Positions 12,200 to 24,913 of a DNA stretch of 64,000 nucleotides are shown here, piece by piece. The DNA is from Octopus sinensis (taxonomy: Eukaryota). The translations under genes and the position numbers were made by a program. The notes below the pieces were generated by a model that worked only from the letters and a program-made list of their open reading frames with translations, was not told where the DNA came from and did not search any database. The stretch's first letter is position 1; every line of letters begins with the position of its first letter. Where the stretch lies: assembly GCF_006345805.1 (NCBI RefSeq), contig NC_043011.1, positions 54,820,464 to 54,884,463 on the forward strand. The letters are read 5' to 3'.

Positions 12200-13250
12200 A
12201 TTAGATAGTGCAATAGCGTTTGCATGTGTGTGTGTGTGTGTGTGCAAGTGTGTATAGATGTGTGTGTGCATGTGTGTATGTCTTCGTGTGTGTGTATGCG
12301 TGTTTGTTTATGTGTATATGTGTGTATATGTATGCGTGTGCATGTGTGTGCGTGTGTATGTATACATGCATGTTTATGTGTATGTATGTGTGTGTATGTG
12401 TGTGCATGTGTGTGTATGCATGCGTGTTTATGTGTGTGTGTATGTGTGTGTGCATGTGCATGTATGTGTGTGCACATGTGTATGTGTGCATGCATGCGTT
12501 TATGTGTGTGTATGTATGTTGTGTGTATGCATGTCTGTTTATGTGTGTATGTGTGTGTGCATGCGTGTGTGTGTGCATATGTATGTGTGTATGCATGTGT
12601 GTTTATGTGCATGTATGTGTGTGTGCATTTGTGTGTATACATGTGTTTATGGGTATATATGTGTCTGAATATATGTATGTGTGTATGCATGTGTGTGCGT
12701 ATGTCTAAGCAAGCATGTTTATGTGTGCATGTGTGTCTGAATATGTGTGTATGTGTGTGAGCATGTGTGTGTATGCATGCATGTTTATGTTTATGAATGT
12801 GTGTGTATGTATGTGTGTGTGTGCATGTTTATTTGTGTGCATATAAATGTGCATGTATGTGTGCATGCATGCATGTATGTGTGTGCATGTGTGTGTGTGC
12901 ATGTGTGTGTATGCATGCATCTGCATGTGTATGTATGTGTGTATACTTGCATATGTATGTGTGTGCATGTGCATGTGTGTGTGTATATGCATGTTTCTGT
13001 GTGTATATGTGTGTGCATGTATGTGTCTATACGTGTGTGTGCATGCATGCATGTTTATGTGTGTATGTGTGCATGTGTGTTTATGTGTGTGTGTGTGTTC
13101 ATGTGTGTGTGCATGTGTGCATGTGTATGTACATGTGTGTGTGTATCTATGATTGTTTATGTATGTGTGTGTGCAGGTGTGTGCAGGCATATACATATGT
13201 AGGCTCATGCATGTGTGTGCAGGCATATACATATGTAGGCTCATGCCAAC
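12200..13250. repeat. ~1-kb imperfect (TG/TGCA/TGTA)n alternating purine-pyrimidine tract
   Basis: Seen directly. It accounts for the CV/HT-rich ORFs here. Confidence 0.95.
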
Positions 13251-13887
13251 CAACGACATTTATCGTTAACTGTAATATAAAATAATAAGTTAGAGAAATA
13301 GATTGGTAAGCAATCGCTGATAAGCCTCAAGGAATTTGAGATTAGGGGTCAGTTCGAGACTGTGGAAAGCCCTGAGCTTAATCCACAGGGTTTAATTCCA
13401 CCGTCAGTCTTAATATATTCATTAAACATGAATATATCACCCACTGTCTATGTGTCTAGCTGGCTGGTTATTGGGTCATCTCTGAGGATGAAGAAGGTGA
13501 CGATGATAGGGATAATAATAATGATGATGATGATGATATATATATATATATATGCGACATGGAGAGATGGCTTATCTGGAAAAGCAGCTTAGACCCCACT
13601 ACATGTCTAAATACAAGGACAGAACTTTTCGGATCATGCCCACATGTGACTAAATTTCTGTTACGTTTTTGGTCCCCTAAAGAAAACAGATAGAACATGC
13701 TTTCTATGTTATGTCCCAAGAAGATTTTATATATTTTTTATATATTTTTATATATTTTCTATGTATTTTTATATAATTTTTATGACGAAAAATGCGAGCG
13801 ATGTATAAGTACGCAGGCAAGCAGAGCTATAACACAGTAATTTCCCTTTATTTAACGGTATTTTTTCATAGCGTTTTCAAATAGCCA

Positions 13888-13948
13888 GATAACTGAAGAG
13901 ATGGTGTTGTGGATTTCCACTTCGGTATCTGAAACTCAGAGTTTTATC
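13888..13948 (+). ncRNA. Minimal type-I hammerhead ribozyme motif (Penelope-like pLTR type)
   Basis: GAUAA-CUGAAGA-[stem II GAUG..UAUC]-U-GAAAC-UCAGA-GUU-UUAUC. 5-bp stem I, quasi-palindromic stem III ACUCAGAGU, GUU cleavage triplet. Confidence 0.65.
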
Positions 13949-13974
13949 TTGACTACTGAGTAATATAACATATT

Positions 13975-14056
<82 letters not shown>

Positions 14057-14112
14057 TATATTATATATATAATATATATATAATATATATATATAATATA
14101 TATATATATATA

Positions 14113-14500
14113 TAGGTATAGGTGTGGCTGTGTGGTAAGGAGCTTGCTTACCAACCACATGGTTCCAGGTTCAGTCCCACAGCGTGGCACCTGGGGCAAG
14201 TGTCTTCTGCTATAGCCTTGCGCCAACCAAAGCCTTGTGAGTGATTTTGGTAGACGGAAACTGAAAGAAGCCCGTCATATATATGTATATGTGTGTGTTT
14301 GTGTTTGTTTGTCACCCCAACATCGCTTGACAATCGATGCTGGTATGTTTAGGTCCCTGTAACTTAGCAGTTCGGCAAAAGAGACCGATAGAATAAGTAC
14401 TAGGCTTACAAAGAATAAATCCTGGGGTCGATTTGCTCGACTAAAGGCGGTGCTCCAGCATGGCCACAGTCAAATGACTGAAACAAGTAAAAGAGTAGAA
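14113..14500 (+). mobile_element. CORE-like SINE (family A)
   Basis: Full-length match to 7057-7480. Confidence 0.85.
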
Positions 14501-15146
14501 AGTTTATGGTACAAAGCCAGCAACAGTTGACAAACTGAAGACATTCATTTAACAAGAATGGATACAAATGCCAAACAAACTGCCCCCTGATGTTGGGATT
14601 CCCTTGTTTTTTATGTTATCAGCAGTGTCAGAACTAGAACAGACATCATTTTGGAAACAGGCAGTCATAGAAAAATTGAATTCTGTCAGTAGATTCCATT
14701 AAATTTAGAAAACGAAATATATTTTAATACATTGCTTCTCAAACTATCTGATGCTCTTCCTAATATCAACCACTCTGCAGAGTGGACTTCGTGCTTTTTA
14801 CGTGGCACCAGCACAGGTGAGGTCAGTTTTAGCTAGGTTTTTGCAGTTGGATGCCCTTCCAAACACCTACCATTTTACAGTATGGGCTGGATGCTTTTAA
14901 GAGGTGCCTGTTCTGACAGGGTCACCAAGTACTTGCAAGGCAAAAAAAAAGCAAACTTTCAAGAGGGGCGGGACAATGGAGGTGATCTTGTGTCAGATGA
15001 TTGAAGTTTATAGTGAGACAGAGAGACAAACAGGTGTCTTGCTGTCAAGAAAGTACAAAGCTAGCTAGCCAGGGGGTGGAGAGAGAGAGAAATAGGTGCA
15101 CTACTGCATAAGAAATACATGGTTACTCAACCTGAGGGAAGTGCAG

Positions 15147-15179
<33 letters not shown>

Positions 15180-15459
15180 TGGGAGACCGCACAGTCACAC
15201 CTGTACCTATATAGATAAATACATATATTTCATGTTGAAATTCTATGTGTGTGTATGTGTGTGTATGTATGTATATATATATATATATATATACAGGGTG
15301 TGTAAGATATTTGAGGACAGATTTATGTTTATAACAAAAACAGACATATAATAACTTTATTTATCAAAAAATTCTATGAGGATAAAAATAAACCTTCTTT
15401 TCTACAATGTTATTCAATAAAGCCGCCTTCAGCTTCAACAATTGCTTCTATATGAGATC

Positions 15460-15760
15460 TAATAATAATAATAATAATAATAATAATGAAATTATTGTAT
15501 ACAGTGCTCAGGTGCACCACAACTTGTCAAAATGTGCGTATAAAGCATATGCAGTAATGTACAAATGTCTGGAAAGTGAACAGTGTATGAGTCAGATACA
15601 TGCTTGCGTGTGTATGGAGGGGAGAAAATCAGGTGTAGTGCTGGCGAATTTCAGGAAGCATGGAAGTTTTGAAGGATGCAGTGCTCCGACAACTAACAAC
15701 TGATGCCGGCAGTCTGTTCTATGCTTCAGCAACTCTTAGCGTGAAATCATCTACATGAAA
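15460..15760 (-). mobile_element. CR1-like LINE 3' end with (ATT)n tail
   Basis: FTLRVAEA*NRLPASVVSCRSTASFK. Homologous to 54830-55005. Confidence 0.65.
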
Positions 15761-16388
15761 ATCATCTACATGCTCGAATCAAATGGTCCTGGTTCATTGT
15801 GGACATTACTCTGACTATGGCAGATTTCAAAAGATCTTTCGTGTTATGGGCACGTTCACTGACCTCTCTCTTAACAATGTTCCACGTGAATTGTGATCTG
15901 GGGAATTAGGAAGCCAAATGTGAGGAGTTATGTGATCATGAAAATTTTCAGCCATCCATTCCTGTGTTACTAGAGCAATGTGTGATAGTGCAGAGTCTTA
16001 CTAAAACACATATGGCCTTCCATTGCATACACTGTCTATCCAGAGCTTAACAATTATTTCCAAGACCTCAGTGTAGGAAGCAGAGTTAACTCTAAGACCT
16101 TACGGAAAGAAGTAAGGTGGCATCACATGTCCTTCATTGCTGACAACCCCTAAAACCATGATAGTTGCAGGAAATTTCGTATGCTTAACACTTGGAATTT
16201 CAGAAAGATTTGTACATAACCATCAGTCATTTCTTCTGCTAACTTTTTGTTCTTGGTCAAAGTTTTTTTCGTTTGAGAGAAACCAAATCAAATCTTCTTC
16301 TGCTGGATTTTTCAGTTTGTTTAAGAGCTTTTTAGATCTGATGTAGTGATTTTCTTTTGCTTTTTCTAACAATTTGACCTTTCCTCAT

Positions 16389-16800
16389 CAGGAGTGGCTG
16401 TGTGGTAAGTAGCTTGCTAACCAACCACATGGTTCCGGGTTCAGTCCCACTGCATGGCATCTTGGGCAAGTGTCTTCTGCTATAGCCCCGGACCGACCAA
16501 TGCCTTGTGAGTGGATTTGGTAGACGGTAACTGAAAGAAGCCTGTCGTATATATGTATATATGTGTATGTATGTGTGTGTTTGTGTGTCTGTGTTTGTCC
16601 CCCTAGCATTGCTTGACAACCAATGCTGGTGTGTTTATGTCCCCGTCACTTAGCGGTTCAGCAAAAGAGACCGATAGAATAAGTACTGGGCTTACAAAGA
16701 ATAAGTCCCGGGGTCGATTTGCTCGACTAAAGGCGGTGCTCCAGCATGGCCGCAGTCAAATGACTGAAACAAGTAAAAGAGTAAAAGAGTAAAAGAGAGT
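16389..16800 (+). mobile_element. CORE-like SINE (family A) inserted in the maT element
   Basis: Full-length match. Removing it restores the transposase segment RYKSYMMRKGQ. Confidence 0.85.
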
Positions 16801-17233
16801 ATATAAGACTTATATCTGATGTCTTTGTGGACAACAGTTTTGACTGTTCCTTCTAACACATGGAGATCTTTTGCAATTGACCTCATGGAATTTCTGGGAT
16901 TATAATCAATGGTCTGTTGAACTTGCTGGATGAATTCAGGTTTCAGAGTGTTTAGAATGCTTTTTATGCTTTGATACTGGTGATACATTTCCATCTTCAG
17001 TCTCTAGCTCCTTAAAAACTTTGTAGATGAAAGATCTTGCAACTTTTAAAAATCAAGATATTTCTAAATCGCTATGCTCAGCCTTTATAACCACAATAAC
17101 AGCATGTCTCTTCATTTCTTGAGTAAGCTGAGGGTCTGCCATTATTATTTTGTGAAACAAAGATTATATAGAGTTAGCAAAAATACAGCAATGACCCAAA
17201 AAAGGTATGTCCTCAAATACCTTACGCACCCTG

Positions 17234-17400
17234 TATATCTATTATATAAAATCCCTTCTGTCTGTCTGTGTGTGTGTCTTCTAGGATCTCGGGCATCCTC
17301 CATCTGATTGCGCTCAAATTTGATATGTAGATACCGACTGTATCAGGGCGTGTATAAGTCTTGAAAAAGTTGGAAAAATCGATTCCAGGTGAGAATGTGA
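17234..17400 (+). mobile_element. Possible non-autonomous Helitron 5' end
   Basis: TCTATTATATAAAA followed by (CTGT)n. A similar start occurs at ~41400. Confidence 0.3.
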
Positions 17401-17569
17401 TCAATAAAGCATTCTTTGGAATAGAAAAAAGTCTATCTTTATTTCTTCTTTTGCTGGTGTCTCAAATTTAGGTTAAATCAGTGTTTCTCAAAGGGGAGGC
17501 CTATGGGACGGTCAGACAAGTTGAAAATTTGGTTTAAATGTTTAACAACTCAGCACTGTCCATTGGACG

Positions 17570-17778
17570 AGGGGCGTTTTGCCTCGTCTGGCACCTGTGT
17601 CGGTGGCACATAAAATCACCCACTACACTCTCGGAGTGGTTGGCGTTAGGAAGGGCATCCAGCTGTAGAAACACTGCCAGATCTGACTGGCCTGGTGCAG
17701 CCTTCGGGCTTGCCAGACCCCAGTTGAACCGTCCAACCCATGCTAGCATGGAAAGCGGACGTTAAACGATGATGATGA
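17570..17778 (+). mobile_element. RTE 3' UTR copy
   Basis: CATGCTAGCATGG motif and (GAT)n tail. Confidence 0.85.
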
Positions 17779-17846
17779 TATATATATATTACGGAGATGT
17801 ACTCGCATAGCAAGTGATTTGATCTGAGATTGTGTGCTGGAACGAA

Positions 17847-17968
17847 AACAATTGCAGCGTGGAAAGTGTTTGTAAGCCATTTAAGAAACACACAAAAGCC
17901 GTTGTGAATCGAACGGCTTTTGTGTGTTTCTTAAATGGCTTACAAACACCTTCCACGCTGCAATTGTT
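17847..17968. repeat. 57-bp-arm inverted repeat (hairpin, 8-nt loop)
   Basis: Arms 17847-17903 and 17912-17968, one mismatch. Confidence 0.95.
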
Positions 17969-18853
17969 ATATATATAGGAAAACGAAAATGAGTCAAGTC
18001 AAAGAATTTAGAGTAGTGAGCAGCATGTATTTGAACAAAAAAGATAAATAACAGTATATCATATGCCATTTAAGATAAATTCATAATTTATCAACATTAT
18101 TACTTCCAGAGAGAATAAAACCTGGTGGCAATTGACACCAACCACCAAAAAAAAAAGGGCAGATAATTTGAAAAATCAGGAACTCACTAAACTTGATTTG
18201 CTGTGAGAGAAACGATTTTTGGAGACACAGGGACATTTGTGGATATGTTACTAACTCAATAGGCTTCATAAGAACAGCAGTTGCCCTACATTACCTCCAG
18301 CAGAATGAGATACTAAGATAGATATATATATATATTTATATATATAAAAGAAAATATGTGTGTTAGTGTGTTAAAACTTCTCTAGCTGGGCAAGCTGTTA
18401 CAAGCAAAACTCAATGTCCTGCTCAAATTGACATCATAAATAAATTTCACTCTATAAAATGTATTGAGTTCTATTGTTTATAAATATTTTATTGTTTCCT
18501 GCATATTAATCAACAATAATTATTAAAAGTGATTTGTTTTGTAAGATTGGAACAATGCAAGAAAAGAAATAAAAAAAAAGTATTTTTATCTTATATTTCT
18601 ATATTTTAGGGCTATGACACTTTCTTCAGGACATTTGGAAAAGCGGGTCGGAAAAGATCATTGCTCAGATGAGTGGGGAGGAAGGAGAAAGGTGACATGT
18701 ACAGAGAGGTGTTGCTAATACATACACTTGTGTGTCTGTATGTGAATGTGTGTGTGGGTGTGTGTGCATGAAAGTTTTTGATAATTCTTGATACAATCAC
18801 AATATTAAAAAAGAGTTCCTTCAATTAAGAATTATCAATTATATTAATATATA

Positions 18854-19265
18854 TAGGCGTAGGAGTGGCCGAGTGGTAAGTAGCTTGCTTATGAACCATA
18901 TGGTTCCAGGTTCAGTCCTACTGTGTGGTACATTGGGCAAGTGTCTTCTACTATAGCCTCGGGCCAACCAAAGCCTTGTGAGTGACAGAAACTGAAAGAA
19001 GCCTGTCGTATATATGTATATATATGTGTATGTGTGTGTATATGTTTGTGCGTCTGTGTTTGTCCCCCCCCCCCAACATCGCTTGACAACTGATGCTGGT
19101 ATGTTTATGTCCCCGTAACTTAGCGGTTCGGCAAAAGAGCCCAATAGAATAAGTACTAGGTACTAGGTTCACAAAGAATAAGTCCTGGGGTCAATTTGCT
19201 TGACTAAAGGTGGTGCTTCAGCATGGCCACAGACACATGACTGAAACAAGTAAAAGAGTAGAGAG
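18854..19265 (+). mobile_element. CORE-like SINE (family A)
   Basis: Full-length match. Confidence 0.85.
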
Positions 19266-19335
<70 letters not shown>

Positions 19336-20939
19336 CACACACACAAGCTGTCTTAAAAGAACAGAATGACATGAACTTTTTATGAAAGTTCGTGGATTGA
19401 ATGTAAGCACTTTCGCTATTTACAGCTTTTCAAACACACGTGGGGTAATTTGTACAGAGGAATTTTTGTCAGAAATGTTGTCTATTTTCGTTTAATTTCA
19501 GATTTTGAATTCTTATAAACAGATCTTCTTTAGCCTATCATCATTGATCTTTTTCTTCCTTTATTTTGAAAAAAAGGTGGGAAAAAATAAAAGGGAAATA
19601 GAATAAAAAAGGAATATAAATATTTTGAATTTTTCATTTGCACAAATACCGAGATGAATAATTATTTTTATATAATTAATAACTCTAAGTTACAGAAAAT
19701 CTCTCTTCAAATGTATATATTTGTGGGAGACTGCCACAAACACACGTTTCCGTCTACCAAATCCACAAAACTTTTACTAGAAAAAGATTAAATTCTTTAT
19801 TTATCACAATTTAATTATAAGGAAACAAAGGAACAGAAAAAGAAGAAAAAAAAGGGAGGATTAAGTAGCCGAAGATGGAATTGGTGGTGGGGACACCCCA
19901 GAATGATCAGGCATGATCAACCGAGTCCTGCGATACCGCGGGGAGTGGCCAAATTGATAGTGCCTTCGATGTTTCGGCTTATTCGCTTTCATCTGCCTGA
20001 CGAAAATAAACTAGCTGAAACTTCGAAATTACAGTCAGCAGTAAAAGTTAATAAATTCTAAAAACTATAGAGTTTAATGGAAAAGATCCGATCCGTCTAA
20101 TGTCAAGTCGTTTTAAATAACATGATATAAAAACAAACATTAATATGTATGTATGTATGTATGTATGTATGTGTGTAGGTGTGTGTGTATGTATGTATGT
20201 GTGTGTGTATGTATGTATGTATGTGTGTATGTATGTATGTGTATGTATGTATGTATGTATGTATGTATGTATGTATGTATGTATGTATATATGTATGTAT
20301 GTATGTATGTATGATGTATGAATGTATGTATGTATGTATGTATGATGTGTGTATGTATGTATTTATGTATGTGTGTGTGTATGTATGTATTTATGTATGT
20401 ATGTATGTATGTATGTATGTATGTATGTATGTATGTATGTATGTATGTGTGTGTGTATGTATGTATGTACTAAAAACTACTTAATTCAGAGCGAAAATAT
20501 ACACAGCGAAACTATTTTGTTTACCATTCCAACCAAATTAAAGTGACACTTCAAATGCCAAAAACTGCGCATTTCCCGCCCATTTGATAGCACTGCTCGC
20601 ATATATATATATATGTATATGTATGTATTGGTTTAAATTTGGACTGTTTTAGCTCGAAGCTATTAATTTGACGCCATTCGCTGAGGTAAAAGAACAATCC
20701 TTAACAGGAAAGACGTTGGACAAGTGATGAAAGCTGATATACTGTAATTTCTCAGAGTAATTAATTTAGTTTCTAAAAAAGAAAAATAATAGCTCACACA
20801 CGGTTTTGTTTTATTGGAGTATTCGTGTGTAGGATGAGAAAGGTGCGGTGGTGAGAAAGTTAAACTGAATCCTTAGTCTAGGTAAGGATGAGGTGGGAAA
20901 AAGAGAATGTATAAGAAAATTATAGAGATAGATAAAGAT

Positions 20940-21957
20940 TGAATTATTTATATTGGAGTTGGTAAAGAGAAAAGAGAGGGGAAGAATGAGAGACAGAGAA
21001 AAGAGAGACAGATTGGGGAGGTAGAGAATGGGAGAGAGAAATAATGAGAAAGAGGAGAAAAACGAGAGAGAGAGAGAGGGAATGAGAAAGAGAGAGAGAA
21101 AGAGTAAAAAGTACTTTTACTGAAGTTGGTAAAAAAAAAAGAGGGCATAGTATGAAAAAGAGGGAAAGAGTAAGAGGAAAGAAAATAACTTATATAGAGA
21201 GAGAAACATTAAAAGTATAGTGAAGGAAGCGTAAAAGGGATAGTGAAAGGAGGAAAAGTAGAGAAATATAGGGAGGGGGAGATAAAGGACTAACAGAGGG
21301 GGAGAGAGAGTAAGAGAGAGAAAGAAGGAAAAAGAGAAAGATAAAGAAAGACAGAGATAGAGAAGCTTTAGAATTATTTTTATTAGTGAAAGATATAGAG
21401 AGGGAGGGAGGGAGAAAGTGAGAGAAAGAGGGAAAGGGGAGTGTGAGTGAAATTCTTCGTCAATGGTAGCGTGTAGACCGCGTGATAGTCTCTTCACCAA
21501 TCAGAGGTGAGAACAGAGAAACGGTTGGCTGCTATTGCTCTCTCTCTCTCTCTCCCTCTCCCCTTTTTTCTCTCTATATAATACATTACTGCCTCGGCTT
21601 TACTTCTCTCACTCTTTCTGTAGCACACTATTGTCTCACCCTTTCTTTCTCCCTCACTGCACTCTGTCTTCGCCGTTTCTCTCATCGTAATCTCCATATA
21701 TACACCTCTGAGTCAAATACCATGAAATATTCATTAAGAAACACTGTCGGATTTCTTCCGTCAGTTTAAAGAAAAACAAAAACACAGCACAGACGAGCAA
21801 TCAGACACAATCAAGCGCAGTTGTCAAGGATATTATCATTCAAATTCACTACCGTCTCTGTTGCGATTTTCAATATTGATATATTCTCAATCCAGCTATT
21901 TTCTCTTCCTCATTGAAATATTTATTATTATACATACATATATTTCTTGCTTTCACA
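20940..21957 (+). promoter_or_regulatory. Putative promoter/5' UTR of the Spot14-family gene (GA-rich then CT-rich tracts, CpG-retaining, Inr-like TCAGTT at 21761-21766)
   Basis: Based on composition and position upstream of the ATG only. The TSS is not determined. Confidence 0.35.
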
Positions 21958-22650
21958 ATGAATCATTCCGTCCGTCACATGAGTATCTCCGAAGAACGGG
22001 TGACCCACCAGTCGATCGTGTCCGCCCTCAGCAACTTCGTAACAGCCGTCAACCACATGGACTCGACAGTCATGATCCCGAGCCGGCTCAGAGACATGGA
22101 GGTTTCGCAGGATTCGGACTCCATCATTAACTCGAACTCTGACCCTTATCATTCTTTCAGCGCCCCGCCGTCTCCTGCAGCTTCAATCTCCAGCATCCCA
22201 GCTCTCAACTCGAACCTGAAATTGAAACCGCACACCACCAACCATCGCCGGTATTCCGCCGAGCAAAGCACCCTGATGGGTACCGGTGCCGATGCGAAGA
22301 ACTTGTACAACTTCTACAGCATGTTGAAGGCCATTAAACAAGAAGTGACATGCGGAAACTTGGAAGATGACTGTCTGGAGTCTCCGACGGAGCAAGACCG
22401 TGAGCAAGATCAAGAAGTGGACTCGACATCGACTATGGATATCTCCGACGAAGACGATTGCGCGTCAGTGGGTTCAAATAGCAGTGGCAGCGAAGAGTTA
22501 CCAAGAAATGTGGCCAATTCGTTCAAGTTTCACCTCCGTGGATTATTTAACCTGTTGCAGGATTTTACGGAAACGGCGAAATATCTCTCCCATAGGTATG
22601 AGAACGAAGTCGGTTCCAGTCAGGCTAACAAAATACTATCTCAGTTTTAA
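21958..22650 (+). CDS. MID1IP1: Mid1-interacting protein 1 / Spot14 (THRSP) family protein, 230 aa, single exon
   Basis: Family blocks SIVSALSNFVTAVNHMDSTVMIPSRLRDM, LYNFYSMLKAIKQEV and FKFHLRGLFNLLQDFTETAKYLSHRYENEVG match the three conserved Spot14 helical segments. Intact frame, GC/CpG-rich codons, first ATG at 21958 (alternative 21979), stop TAA followed by TGA. Confidence 0.92.
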   Translation: MNHSVRHMSISEERVTHQSIVSALSNFVTAVNHMDSTVMIPSRLRDMEVSQDSDSIINSNSDPYHSFSAPPSPAASISSIPALNSNLKLKPHTTNHRRYSAEQSTLMGTGADAKNLYNFYSMLKAIKQEVTCGNLEDDCLESPTEQDREQDQEVDSTSTMDISDEDDCASVGSNSSGSEELPRNVANSFKFHLRGLFNLLQDFTETAKYLSHRYENEVGSSQANKILSQF

Positions 22651-23091
22651 TGAGCCTGCATGTTCTTTTGTAAACTGTAACAATTATGGATAATGTTTAA
22701 AAATAATAATAATAATAATAGTAATAACAGTAGTGGTGTTGATGGAGATGATGATTCTACGAATGGGTGTTGTATTAACTTCATTCTATAATTTATTTCA
22801 ACCCTCCAAAACTATCGGCTTTATATATATGTGTGTGTATACATGAAGTATATATATATATATGGATATATATATATACACATGAAGTATATATACATGG
22901 ATATATATATATACATACATGAATATATATATATATATACACATGATGTATATGTATATATATAATACATGAATATATATATGTACACATGATGTGTATA
23001 TATATGTATATACACATACATACATGGATATATATGTACACATGAATTATATATGCATGGATATATATATATTATATATGTACACATGAAG

Positions 23092-23128
<37 letters not shown>

Positions 23129-24259
23129 CACATGAAGTATGTATATATATATACACACACACACACACAAACCCTACCAAAAATACACAAAAACACTCAC
23201 TACCAAATCACTACCACCTCCTCACAGGTAGTAACAGCAATCGCGACCAACTCATACTGAAAAACCTGCACTCACTTTTTTTTCATCACAAGAAAAATTT
23301 AACAAAACAACGCAACCAACTTGATGTATTTGACTTTCGAGTTTGTTCTTTATTACAAACTTGACAGATTTGTTTTCATTAGGAGAAAAAAAAAATACAA
23401 CACACATTCACAGGTTATGTACGCATATGTATGCTTGCTTCTACGTACACCTACCTGATGACAGAGAACATAACCTATAAAACTCACCTAGATACACAGA
23501 CATTACACACACGCACATTATTTATATATATATATATATGTGTGTGTATGTGTGCACATAGATACACAGATGATGACAGTATATAAAAAAAGCTAAAGAA
23601 AGCCACCCACTCATAAAAGACACACACACACATATGATGAAAACATTTTACAGTTACAAAAACCTAATTAGCTGCAGGTACATAAGACCACCTTAATTAC
23701 TCACATCTAGATGCTTTCACATAAAAATGTGCATGCAACCCTTTCCCTTCCCGTACAAGTACATGCACCCATTGTTCATTCTCGGGTAATATGTTCTAGT
23801 TATTTAAATGACGAAACGATTAATTTGCCTTTTTAATTGTTGCAATATTTCCTTGCGTTTTGTTCTTTTTTTTTTTTTTTTTTCAAAATTTTCTCCATTT
23901 TTTTTTTTTTTTTTTTTTTTTTGGGGATTTTTGTAAAAGATTATCGCATGATAATCCTCTCAAAGTTGTTACATTCGATTTTTCAACCCCTGTGTATTGT
24001 TGAAAATTTGTTGAATCACTATTATTATTATTATTTTTTTTTTTTTGGTTGTACATTTGCTTAACTGTAACATACTCCCATTTAAGAAAAACCAACACCA
24101 CCCCTTTCTTCCCTTTTAAATCAAGACATTTCTTGGGTAAATGTGTCCTAAGTGGTCGTTATTAAAAAAGTTTATGGGGAGCCGAGTTCACGACTTTCTA
24201 ATCTCTGTTGAGGCCACTTCACGGACGATCACAACCATGTAACCACAAATATATATATG

Positions 24260-24294
<35 letters not shown>

Positions 24295-24679
24295 CATTCA
24301 CCCATAACTGTCTGGCCTTGAGCGTAGCCTAATAATAATAATAATAATTAAATGAATTTCATGGGTAGTAGAGGTTGTCTCGTTAGCAACAAATTCTCGG
24401 TGAATCGCATATCGGCGACCCAGTTTCTATTGCCAGTTGAAACTCTTAATGTACCCCACTCGTCCTTGAGAAAGCAATAAACTTCATGCTCCCCCACCAA
24501 AGTATGCCCAACCCCAACCCCTTAAAATGAATTTACAAAAATTAATAAAAACAATTCCATGTCTTTCATCCTCCTATCGATAATAATTTATTCTAATCCA
24601 GGGTGTGGCTTTTTGTCCTACGCGGGAGTTATCGGACTTTCAGAAATTTCCTTTACCTTTCTTCCCTTGTATGTATATA

Positions 24680-24717
<38 letters not shown>

Positions 24718-24869
24718 ATGTGTATGTGGAATATACGTTTTATATGTAATAATTGTGTGTGTGTGTATATATACACTCTATACATGTAAAATATCCATGT
24801 GCATATAATGTGTGTGTGTATAATACACACATACACAATCTATACATGTAAAATATCCATGTGCATATA

Positions 24870-24913
<44 letters not shown>

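Larger units (their letters stand above)
15294..17233 (-). mobile_element. Full-span maT/DD37D-type element with TIRs and TA TSD, carrying two nested insertions
   Basis: TIRs TA|CAGGGTGTGTAAGATATTTGAGGACA and TGTCCTCAAATACCTTACGCACCCTG|TA. Degenerate transposase homologous to 5990-7539. About 1.25 kb after removing the insertions. Confidence 0.8.

Noticed and set aside
12073-13285. Many long HT/CV-rich ORFs (also YI-rich ORFs at 3.0, 4.3, 14.0, 22.8, 44.2, 47.0 and 56.2 kb)
   Set aside because: Translations of (TG)n/(TA)n microsatellites.
19960-20035. Hammerhead-like motifs on both strands (CTGACGA...GAAACTTCGAAATT on +; CAGATGA...GAAACATCGA on -)
   Set aside because: Stem II is absent or weak, stems I and III have mismatches, and the minus core is mutated. 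At best a decayed remnant.
20572-20579. E2F-like site TTTCCCGC upstream of MID1IP1
   Set aside because: A single 8-mer 1.4 kb upstream is not supportable without conservation data.
21913-21957. 15-codon N-terminal extension of MID1IP1 from TTG in the ORF track
   Set aside because: Non-ATG start in AT-rich UTR-like sequence. The first ATG is at 21958.
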